Source: Chitinophagaceae bacterium | GTDB taxonomy: Bacteria; Bacteroidota; Bacteroidia; Chitinophagales; UBA10324 | DNA length: 64,000 bases | NCBI GenBank assembly: GCA_947469485.1 | Contig: CANIPU010000005.1 | Coordinates: forward strand, 98,199 to 162,198 | Direction: 5' to 3' | In this document: one piece after another, positions 56,417 to 64,000 of the stretch | Position numbering within the stretch: the stretch's first letter is position 1 | How the letters are laid out: each line of letters opens with the position of its first letter | Position numbers and translations under genes: made by a program | The notes under the pieces: generated by a model | What the model saw: only the letters and a program-made list of their open reading frames with translations | The model's database searches: none | Told to the model about the DNA's origin: nothing

Positions 56417-57496
56417 ATGATAAAACAAGTAGTTTTTTTTCTATTCGTTATAACCGGAATATATTTTTCAATTCATTTATCCTCTTGTGGTTGTAATAAT
56501 ACAATTGATTCTCACGAAGATAGTTTAACCACAATTGTGCAGGGCAATCGGCAATTAATGGATTTAACCATTCAAATCAGTGATAATCCTGATGATGCCG
56601 ATTTATATTATCAGCGTAGTAAAGCTTTTATGCAAATTGATAGCATTCGTTTCGCTTATGATGATATAGAAAAAGCAATCAGCATTGATTCCACAAATGT
56701 GAAGTACCATTTTTTGTTAACTGATATTTTTTTACAGGGTAGTTATGCTGAAGGAGCAATTAGTGAATTGCAAACCATAATTAAATTGCAACCTGATAAT
56801 ATGTTTGCCAAAGCAAAATTGGCTAAAGTTTATTTATTCGTTAAGGATTACCAAAGTTCATTGGCGCAGATTGAGGATATGTTAAAGGCGGGTGATGAAA
56901 ATCCGGATGCCTATTTCTTAATGGGTATGAATTATAAAGAATTAAAGGATACCATTCGAGCAATAGCAGCATTTCAGAAATGCGTGCAATACAAACAGGA
57001 TTTTTATGATGCATTTATGCAACTCGGGCTTTTAAATTCGGCGCTTAATAAAAATCTTGCACCTTCTTATTTTGACAATGCAATAAGATTAGATAGCAGC
57101 AAAACAGAAGCCTGGTATGCAAAAGCAAAATATTATCAGGATAAAGCATTGGAATCTGATAAATCAAAAAACAGTGTTGATGCTAAAGTCAATTACGAGG
57201 CTGCAAAAAAAACATATCGCCAATTGATTGTTAAAAATCCGCAATACGAATTTGCGTATTTTAATCTCGGCTTTATTTATTTGCAGCAGGATTCAATAGA
57301 TAAAGCTTTAAGACATTTCGAATTGGCTACAAAAGTTTCGCCACAATACGCTGAGGCATACTACTACAAAGGGTTGTGTGAATTAGTGACAGGGCAAAAA
57401 GAAAAGGCCGAAATTGATTTTCAGCAAACATTGAATCTGAAGCCGGATTATGAGGCAGCGCAAAATGAATTAAATAAGTTAAACGGAAATAAGTAA
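56417..57496 (+). CDS. TPR-repeat protein, probable lipoprotein
   Basis: Hydrophobic N-terminus with LSSC; repeated P...AY..LG TPR motifs; stop directly abuts the thrS ATG. Confidence 0.88.
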   Translation: MIKQVVFFLFVITGIYFSIHLSSCGCNNTIDSHEDSLTTIVQGNRQLMDLTIQISDNPDDADLYYQRSKAFMQIDSIRFAYDDIEKAISIDSTNVKYHFLLTDIFLQGSYAEGAISELQTIIKLQPDNMFAKAKLAKVYLFVKDYQSSLAQIEDMLKAGDENPDAYFLMGMNYKELKDTIRAIAAFQKCVQYKQDFYDAFMQLGLLNSALNKNLAPSYFDNAIRLDSSKTEAWYAKAKYYQDKALESDKSKNSVDAKVNYEAAKKTYRQLIVKNPQYEFAYFNLGFIYLQQDSIDKALRHFELATKVSPQYAEAYYYKGLCELVTGQKEKAEIDFQQTLNLKPDYEAAQNELNKLNGNK

Positions 57497-59425
57497 ATGA
57501 TAAAAATTACATTTCCTGATGGAGCTCAACGGGAGTATCAGAAAGGGACAACTGCAATGGATATTGCAAAAAGCATTAGCGAAGGTTTAGCCAGAAGAAT
57601 ATTGGCCGCAAAAGTGAATGACGAAGTAAGGGATTTATTGCGCCCGATAAATGAAGATGCTCAATTAAATTTCTTAGCCTGGGATGATAAAGACGGAAAG
57701 AGCACATTCTGGCACAGCAGTGCACACTTGTTTGCTGAAGCATTAGAGTCAATATATCCGGGCGCAAAATTTGGTATTGGTCCTGCAATTGATAATGGAT
57801 TTTATTACGATGTTGATTTAGGAGGTCAGTCACTCACACATGAAGACTTAGTGGTTCTTGAGAAAAAAATGAGTGAACTCGCTGCAAAAAATTCTACATA
57901 CAATCGTTCTGAAGTTTCTAAGGCTGATGCATTGAAATACTTCACCGAAAAAGGCGATGAGTATAAATTAGAACTTATCAATAATCTGAACGATGGTGAA
58001 ATAACATTTTACCAGCAGGGTAATTTTACTGATTTGTGTCGTGGGCCGCATTTGCCAAATACATCATTAATCAAAGCAATTAAGTTGACAAATATTGCCG
58101 GTGCATACTGGCGTGGCGATTCAAATAACAAACAAATGACCCGCGTTTATGGCATCACTTTTCCTAAACAAAAGGAATTGGATGAATACATGGTTATGGT
58201 TGAGGAAGCCCGTAAGCGCGACCATCGAAAGATTGGTAAGGAGATGGAGATTTTCACATTTGACGATGACATTGGTCAGGGATTACCGCTCTGGCTTCCA
58301 AATGGAGGAGCAATGATTGAGGAGTTGGAAAAACTTGCTAAGACTTCTGAATTTCGCGCCGGATATTCAAGAGTTAAATCTCCGCATATAGCAAAAGAAA
58401 ATTTGTATCTCACCAGTGGGCACCTTCCTTATTATGCTGAAAGTATGTTTCCTCCAATGGAAGTGGAAGGAACAAAATACTATTTAAAGGCAATGAACTG
58501 CCCGCATCATCATAAAATATTTTCTTCTTCTCCAAAAAGCTATAAAGATCTCCCGATTCGTTTTGCTGAATACGGAACCTGTTATCGTTATGAGCAATCC
58601 GGTGAATTGTTCGGTCTCATGCGCGTGCGAAGTATGAATATGAATGATGCTCATATTTATTGCACCGAAGAACAATTTGAAGATGAATTTCGCGGTGTAA
58701 ATGAAATGTATCAGAAATATTTTAAAATATTCGGCGTAGATAAATACATCATGCGTTTCAGTACACATGACCCTGCAAAACTGGGTAAGAAATACCTGGA
58801 TATGTCTGAGTTGTGGAAGAAAACCGAAGACATGGTTCGCCGTGTTTTAATTTCTTCAAATATTCCTTATGTCGAAGTAAGTGATGAAGCTGCCTTCTAC
58901 GGTCCAAAGATTGATGTGCAGATTTACAGTGCCATTGGCAGGGAGTTTACTCTTGCAACAAACCAGGTTGATTTTGGTCAGCCCGCAAGGTTCAATCTCA
59001 CATTTCAAAACAAGCTCAATCAACCCGAAACACCAATATGTATTCACAGAGCACCGCTTGGAACCCACGAGCGCTTTATTGGTTTTTTAATTGAACATTA
59101 TGCAGGAAAATTTCCCTTATGGTTATCACCTTTACAGGTAATTGTTCTTCCGGTCGGAGAAAAATTTATACCATATGCAGAAATAGTAAAGGAAAAATTA
59201 AAAAATGCCGATATTCGCACCATTGTAGATGAGCGTAATGAAAAAATCGGAAAAAAAATCCGCGATGCCGAATTGAAAAGAATACCTTGCATGCTTGTAG
59301 TGGGAGAAAAAGAAGAGGCAAACCATCAGGTAAGTTTCAGAAAACAAGGTGAAGGAGATCAGGGCATAATGGGAATTGATCAATTCATTTCATTTGCAAA
59401 AGAAGAAATAGAAAATTATCGTTAA
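57497..59425 (+). CDS. thrS: Threonine--tRNA ligase
   Basis: TGS domain, WHSSAHL, DLCRGPH, RDHRKIG, MNCPHH, AAFYGPKID, IHRA..G..ERF. Confidence 0.98.
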   Translation: MIKITFPDGAQREYQKGTTAMDIAKSISEGLARRILAAKVNDEVRDLLRPINEDAQLNFLAWDDKDGKSTFWHSSAHLFAEALESIYPGAKFGIGPAIDNGFYYDVDLGGQSLTHEDLVVLEKKMSELAAKNSTYNRSEVSKADALKYFTEKGDEYKLELINNLNDGEITFYQQGNFTDLCRGPHLPNTSLIKAIKLTNIAGAYWRGDSNNKQMTRVYGITFPKQKELDEYMVMVEEARKRDHRKIGKEMEIFTFDDDIGQGLPLWLPNGGAMIEELEKLAKTSEFRAGYSRVKSPHIAKENLYLTSGHLPYYAESMFPPMEVEGTKYYLKAMNCPHHHKIFSSSPKSYKDLPIRFAEYGTCYRYEQSGELFGLMRVRSMNMNDAHIYCTEEQFEDEFRGVNEMYQKYFKIFGVDKYIMRFSTHDPAKLGKKYLDMSELWKKTEDMVRRVLISSNIPYVEVSDEAAFYGPKIDVQIYSAIGREFTLATNQVDFGQPARFNLTFQNKLNQPETPICIHRAPLGTHERFIGFLIEHYAGKFPLWLSPLQVIVLPVGEKFIPYAEIVKEKLKNADIRTIVDERNEKIGKKIRDAELKRIPCMLVVGEKEEANHQVSFRKQGEGDQGIMGIDQFISFAKEEIENYR

Positions 59426-59441
59426 ACTAAATTCATAAGCC

Positions 59442-60005
59442 ATAGCACTTCCTTACTACCGTCCTCAGCCATTCCAGCGAAAGAAGGCCAGAGAACATCG
59501 CATCAACGAAGAAATTACCGCACTTAAAGTCAGAGTCAGCGGTGAGAATATTGAATCCGGAGTATATGATACCCGCGACGCCATTAAAATGGCAAAAGAT
59601 TTAGAATTGGATTTGGTTGAAATTACACCCGGTGCCGATCCTCCTGTGTGCAAAATTATTGACTACAGCAAGTTTCTTTATGAAAAGAAACGGAAGGAAA
59701 AGGACATGAAATCCAAGCAGCAGAAAAATGTGATGAAGGAAATTCGGTTCACCCCGAATACCGATGATCACGATTTTGAGTTTAAAACCAAGCATGCCGA
59801 AAAATTTTTAGCCGAAGGAGCAAAGGTAAAAGCCTATGTGCAGTTCCGTGGCCGCAGCATTGTGTTTAAAGACCGCGGCGAATTATTGTTATTGAAATTT
59901 ATTGAACGCTTGGTAGAATCCGGTTCAGTAGAAGCCCTTCCGAAACTCGAAGGCAACCGCATGCACATCATCATCAACCCGAAAGGCGCGAAGAAAAAAA
60001 CTTGA
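59442..60005 (+). CDS. infC: Translation initiation factor IF-3 with non-canonical ATA start
   Basis: Frame open upstream of ATG 59589 through HRINEEITALKVRV to ATA 59442 (in-frame TAA at 59436); LDLVEI, PPVCKIIDY.KF.YE, KEIRF, FRGR motifs. Confidence 0.93.
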   Translation: MALPYYRPQPFQRKKAREHRINEEITALKVRVSGENIESGVYDTRDAIKMAKDLELDLVEITPGADPPVCKIIDYSKFLYEKKRKEKDMKSKQQKNVMKEIRFTPNTDDHDFEFKTKHAEKFLAEGAKVKAYVQFRGRSIVFKDRGELLLLKFIERLVESGSVEALPKLEGNRMHIIINPKGAKKKT

Positions 60006-60023
60006 GAGAATTGTTTAATATTC

Positions 60024-60048
60024 TGTCATGCTGAGGAACGAAGCATCT
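60024..60048 (+). repeat. REP-like element (TGTCATGCTGAGGAACGAAGCATCT)
   Basis: GTC-headed imperfect hairpin ATGCT...AGCAT resembling Bacteroidota GTCATGCTGAG..GAAGCAT extragenic repeats; single copy in this window. Confidence 0.5.
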
Positions 60049-60060
60049 CTCTGTTAAAAA

Positions 60061-60100
60061 TAAAACCCTGAATCAAATTTTGATTCAGGGTTTTATATTT
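60061..60100 (+). terminator. Rho-independent terminator after infC
   Basis: Perfect inverted repeat TAAAACCCTGAATCAAA / TTTGATTCAGGGTTTTA followed by T-rich sequence. Confidence 0.88.
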
Positions 60101-60174
60101 TTGAATTAGGTAAGCATACCTGTATTTCCATTTAAACCTATACAGACCTATATTTATATTTCGAAAAAAATAAA

Positions 60175-60552
60175 ATGAAAAGGCTGATCTTTTTAATCTC
60201 AATACTTGTCGTTGTTTTTGTTTCCTGTAAAAAGAAAGAAACAGATAATACTATCACTCCTGTAAAAAAAACTTACAAGATTTCTTACGAAATCGGTTGT
60301 ACTGATTGTCAGGTTATTTATTACAGCGATTCATTGCAAACACAAGTTTCAGAAGACCATAAAAACAATTCGTGGACTTATACTTTTTATGGAAAGAAGG
60401 GGCAGGAAGTATTATTATTTGCTTACAATACTTCTTCAATGGCACAAGGAGTTACAGCCACAATAAAGCTGAACGATACCACTACTCTCGCAACCCACAC
60501 CAATTATTGCCCCATTTCAGGATATTCATTTGTTGTTGACACTATACAATAG
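60175..60552 (+). CDS. Hypothetical lipoprotein
   Basis: Lipobox FVSC followed by KKKETD (Bacteroidota surface-export-like signal); small beta-rich domain with CxxC. Confidence 0.8.
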   Translation: MKRLIFLISILVVVFVSCKKKETDNTITPVKKTYKISYEIGCTDCQVIYYSDSLQTQVSEDHKNNSWTYTFYGKKGQEVLLFAYNTSSMAQGVTATIKLNDTTTLATHTNYCPISGYSFVVDTIQ

Positions 60553-60619
60553 GATTTTTTTTATGATTCTTAGTGTTCTGAATTCGAATAATGAGATGCG
60601 CAATTTCAGTTCATAAGTA

Positions 60620-60627
60620 TACATTTG
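60620..60627 (+). promoter_or_regulatory. Bacteroidota sigma-A -7 box TACATTTG for ychF
   Basis: Matches TAnnTTTG 22 nt before ATG 60650. Confidence 0.6.
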
Positions 60628-60649
60628 CCCGCTCAAAAATTAAATCATA

Positions 60650-61747
60650 ATGGCATTACAATGCGGAATAGTCGGCTTGCCGAATGTGGGGAAATCAACT
60701 TTATTTAATGCACTCAGCAATGCAAAGGCGCAGGCAGCCAATTTTCCGTTCTGCACCATTGAGCCAAACATTGGTGTCATCACAGTGCCCGATGAGCGGC
60801 TGAACGAATTGGCGAAACTCGTAAACCCAAATAAAATTGTTCCGACAGTTGTTGAAATTGTTGACATAGCCGGTTTGGTAAAAGGTGCAAGCAAGGGCGA
60901 AGGTCTCGGCAACCAGTTCCTCGGCAACATCCGAAACACCGATGCTATCATTCATGTTGTTAGATGTTTTGATGATGATAATGTGATTCATGTCGACGGA
61001 TCTGTGAATCCTGTGCGCGATAAAGAAATTATCGACACCGAATTGCAGTTGAAAGACCTAGAAGCAATAGAAAAGAAAATTGCAAAAGAGAAAAAGCAAT
61101 TAAAGAACGGCGACCGCGAAGGCAAGCGTGGATTGGAAGTCTTGGAGATTTACCTGAAACATTTACAGGAAGGAAAAAGTGCTAGGAGTGTACCTGTTGC
61201 CGATGAAGAAAAGAAAATTGTAGCCGATGCATTTCTGCTTACTGATAAACCTGTTTTATATGTATGCAATGTTGATGAAGCCAGCGTGCTCACCGGAAAC
61301 AAGCATACACAAGCTTTAACCAATGCTGTGAAAGACGAGAATGCACAGGTCATTATTATTTCAGCAAATATTGAGGCCGAGATTGCAATACTCGAAAGCG
61401 CTGATGACCGCAAAGCATTTCTGAGCGACATGGGTTTGAATGAACCCGGAGTAAATAAACTTATTCACTCAGCCTATAAATTATTAAATCTGGCTACTTA
61501 CTTCACTGCTGGTGTTCAGGAAGTACGCGCCTGGACCATTCACATTGGTGATACAGGGCCAAAAGCCGCAGGTGTTATTCATAGTGATTTCGAAAAAGGG
61601 TTTATACGCGCCGAGGTAATTGCGTACGATGATTTTATAAAGTATGGTTCCGAAGCAGCATGCAGAACTGCAGGCAGATTAAGGGTGGAAGGAAAAGAAT
61701 ATGTGGTAAAGGATGGAGATGTAATGCATTTCCTTTTTAATGTGTAA
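60650..61747 (+). CDS. ychF: Redox-regulated ATPase YchF
   Basis: GIVGLPNVGKSTLFN, ANFPFCTIEPN, DIAGLVKGASKGEGLGNQFL, IHSDFEKGFIRAE. Confidence 0.98.
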   Translation: MALQCGIVGLPNVGKSTLFNALSNAKAQAANFPFCTIEPNIGVITVPDERLNELAKLVNPNKIVPTVVEIVDIAGLVKGASKGEGLGNQFLGNIRNTDAIIHVVRCFDDDNVIHVDGSVNPVRDKEIIDTELQLKDLEAIEKKIAKEKKQLKNGDREGKRGLEVLEIYLKHLQEGKSARSVPVADEEKKIVADAFLLTDKPVLYVCNVDEASVLTGNKHTQALTNAVKDENAQVIIISANIEAEIAILESADDRKAFLSDMGLNEPGVNKLIHSAYKLLNLATYFTAGVQEVRAWTIHIGDTGPKAAGVIHSDFEKGFIRAEVIAYDDFIKYGSEAACRTAGRLRVEGKEYVVKDGDVMHFLFNV

Positions 61748-61844
61748 TTGATTTTTCTATGTGCATTTTATACATAAAGTAGTTTTAGTTTCATTGTTAT
61801 GTAAATTTAAATGATGTTTGTATCGTGAAATTTATTTTTCTTTT

Positions 61845-63197
61845 ATGATAGCATCAATCAATCCATTTTCAGGAGAAGTATTAAAAGAATTCTCATCTAT
61901 TTCTGCAAATGAAATTTCTGAAAAAATTTTATATGCTGATAATGCATTTAAACATTGGAGAAAAACTTCTTTCGATGAAAGAAAAAAACTGATGTTGAAC
62001 TTAGCTAATGAATTGCTTTCACATAAAGCAGAGCATTCAAAACTTATTTCTCTGGAAATGGGAAAACTGATTGTTGAAGCAGGATTGGAAATTGAGAAAT
62101 GCGCACGCATGTGTAGGTATTATGCTGAAAATGCTGAAGAATTTCTTGCCAATGAAATTATTGAAACCGATGCCGCGAAAAGTTTTATTGCATACGAACC
62201 AATGGGTGTAGTATTAGGAGTTATGCCATGGAATTTTCCTTTCTGGCAAGTGTTAAGGTTTGCGGTTCCTTCAATTATGACAGGAAATGTAATTTTATTA
62301 AAGCATGCATCTAATGTTCCACAGTGTGCAATAAAAATTGAAGAATTGTTCATTTCTTCAGGTTTTCCAAAAAATATTTTTCAGACCTTAATAATTAACG
62401 CGAAGGAAGTTGCATCTGTTATTGAAAACCCTGTTGTTAAAGCGGTGTCATTAACGGGTAGTGAGGAAGCCGGAAGTCATGTTGCAGCAATAGCAGGGAA
62501 GCATATAAAAAAAGCAGTTCTCGAATTAGGTGGTAGCGATGCATTTATTGTTTTTGAAGATGCTGATATGAAAATTGCAGTGGAGAATGCTGCGAAATCG
62601 CGTTTAGGAAACGATGGGCAAAGTTGCATTGCAGCAAAACGATTTATTGTTTCTGAAAAAATAATTGATGAATTTACTCAGCTGTTGAAAGAAAAATTTC
62701 TAGAGTTGAAAAAGGGAAATCCATTAGACAATGATACACAAATAGGAGTGATGGCTCGCGAAGATTTGGCAATTGAATTAGAACACCAGATGAACAAATC
62801 AATTGCCCTCGGAGCTCAATTGATTTGCGGTGGTAATAGAGAACGAGCTTTTTTCGAACCAACAATTTTATCAGATGTAAAACCAGGAATGCCAGCTTTC
62901 GATGAAGAATTATTTGGACCAATAGCACCAATTATTTCTTTTACAACAGAGGAAGAAGCAATTGAACTTGCAAATAATTCAACCTTTGGATTGGGAGGTT
63001 CAATTTGGTTGAAAGATGTTGAGAAAGGATTAAAACTTGCTGCTCAGGTGGAAAGCGGAAGTGTTTATGTAAATACTTTAATGAAATCAGATCAGCGCCT
63101 GCCATTCGGCGGAACTAAAAAATCAGGTTTTGGTCGAGAACTTGGCCGCCAGGGCATTCACGAATTTGTGAATGTTAAAAGTGTAATGGTTAATTAA
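61845..63197 (+). CDS. NAD(P)-dependent succinate-semialdehyde dehydrogenase-like aldehyde dehydrogenase
   Basis: VMPWNFPFWQV, LKHASNV, LTGSE.AG, LELGGSD, GQSCIAAKR, EELFGP, PFGGTKKSG; ATG 61845 preferred over TTG 61818. Confidence 0.92.
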   Translation: MIASINPFSGEVLKEFSSISANEISEKILYADNAFKHWRKTSFDERKKLMLNLANELLSHKAEHSKLISLEMGKLIVEAGLEIEKCARMCRYYAENAEEFLANEIIETDAAKSFIAYEPMGVVLGVMPWNFPFWQVLRFAVPSIMTGNVILLKHASNVPQCAIKIEELFISSGFPKNIFQTLIINAKEVASVIENPVVKAVSLTGSEEAGSHVAAIAGKHIKKAVLELGGSDAFIVFEDADMKIAVENAAKSRLGNDGQSCIAAKRFIVSEKIIDEFTQLLKEKFLELKKGNPLDNDTQIGVMAREDLAIELEHQMNKSIALGAQLICGGNRERAFFEPTILSDVKPGMPAFDEELFGPIAPIISFTTEEEAIELANNSTFGLGGSIWLKDVEKGLKLAAQVESGSVYVNTLMKSDQRLPFGGTKKSGFGRELGRQGIHEFVNVKSVMVN

Positions 63198-63230
63198 TAA
63201 AGAATAATTATTTTCAGTACTAGACAATTT

Positions 63231-63273
63231 AAATAAAAGAGCCCCAAGAAATTTTCTTGGGGCTCTTTTATTT
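63231..63273. terminator. Bidirectional Rho-independent terminator between convergent genes
   Basis: Perfect inverted repeat AAATAAAAGAGCCCCAAGAAA / TTTCTTGGGGCTCTTTTATTT. Confidence 0.9.
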
Positions 63274-63288
63274 TCTGTTGTAAGTTAA

Positions 63289-64000
63289 TTATTCAGCTTT
63301 AACAATTCTTTCCGATAAAATCAACTCATCGTCAACTTTTATTTCGAGGAAATAGATACCGGCTTTTAGTTCGTCGCCAATCATTATTTCTCCTGATACT
63401 TCTTTTAACTCAAGTAATTTTTGACCGAGAACATTATAAACACAAATAGTCGAAACTTCATCCAATTGAACTGTCAGGTAATTTGTAAATGGATTTGGAT
63501 AGAAAATATAACTATTATCATTTGTTAAACCTTCAACTTTACAATTAACTGTAATTGTAATGTAGTTCGAAAGTTTTGTACAGCCTGTTGCTGTTTTTGT
63601 AACAAGACAACGATAGTTACCTGCCGCAGTGGCTGTATATGAAGAATTTGTAGCTCCTGATATTGAAATTCCACCTTTTCTCCATTGAAAAGTTACACCA
63701 CTCTGAACATTTACATTCAATACAACACTCCCTCCGGCGCAGAAAGTAGTCGCTCCATTCGCAGTAATTGTTGCAGTAGGAGTGGCAAGTTTTGTAATTA
63801 ATATTCCATTACTTGTTGAACTTCCGCAAGGGTATATAACAGTACAGGTAAATGTTCCAGAAACTGAAGCAGTATATGTACTGTTTGTTGCTCCACTAAT
63901 GTTTACATTGTTTTTAAGCCATTGATATGCAGAACCTAAAGGTGATACAACCAAGACCGCATTTCCGCCAGAGCAAAACGATGCTGTTCCGCTTTGAATT
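63289..64000 (-). CDS. C-terminal part of a T9SS type-A sorting-domain protein with Ig-like repeats (runs off the window edge)
   Basis: Frame open to 64000 (IQSGTASFCSGGNAVLVV...); YQW.KN...ISGAT...Y repeats; CTD FYPNPF....VYNVLGQ....LKAGIYFL.....RIVK. Confidence 0.9.
   Translation of the reverse strand, partial: IQSGTASFCSGGNAVLVVSPLGSAYQWLKNNVNISGATNSTYTASVSGTFTCTVIYPCGSSTSNGILITKLATPTATITANGATTFCAGGSVVLNVNVQSGVTFQWRKGGISISGATNSSYTATAAGNYRCLVTKTATGCTKLSNYITITVNCKVEGLTNDNSYIFYPNPFTNYLTVQLDEVSTICVYNVLGQKLLELKEVSGEIMIGDELKAGIYFLEIKVDDELILSERIVKAE

Noticed and set aside
790-62931. Numerous 60-160 aa ORFs in the track overlapping larger genes (e.g. 790-1002, 19013-19291, 49812-50282, 60640-60951)
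   Set aside because: Antisense or alternate-frame shadows of well-supported genes, with no recognisable motifs

Overview
AT-rich Bacteroidota chromosomal segment, judged from T9SS substrates, PorP/SprF proteins and TAnnTTTG promoter boxes. Housekeeping genes are miaA, trxA, ispE, lysC-lysA, pyk, thrS-infC and ychF. They flank a ~27 kb surface-protein locus (5134-32479) encoding three type IX secretion substrates with type-B C-terminal domains (897, 5366 and 1857 aa) and two PorP/SprF-family partners. The most unusual signals all lie in that locus: (i) an in-frame G11 tract in the 897-aa gene, a candidate phase-variation switch; (ii) a terminator-bounded pair of small basic ORFs, one missed by the ORF track, that shares a GTAAC-N18-GTATAA ECF-type promoter motif with the giant gene; (iii) a ~3,700-residue stretch of the giant protein with one Lys and no Arg; (iv) the 5366-aa and 1857-aa proteins are long and short versions of the same 15-PKD scaffold and sit with a single SprF-like gene. 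Also present are a TPR/beta-barrel/HU-SPOR envelope cluster, a disrupted TMEM175-type K+ channel gene, a GT-C+TPR glycosyltransferase, GH92 and glycosylasparaginase genes, a LamG remnant, an ATA-initiated infC not followed by rpmI-rplT, and a REP-like element. No rRNA, tRNA, CRISPR array, transposase, integrase or phage gene was recognised. All calls come from reading motifs by eye; no database searches were run.
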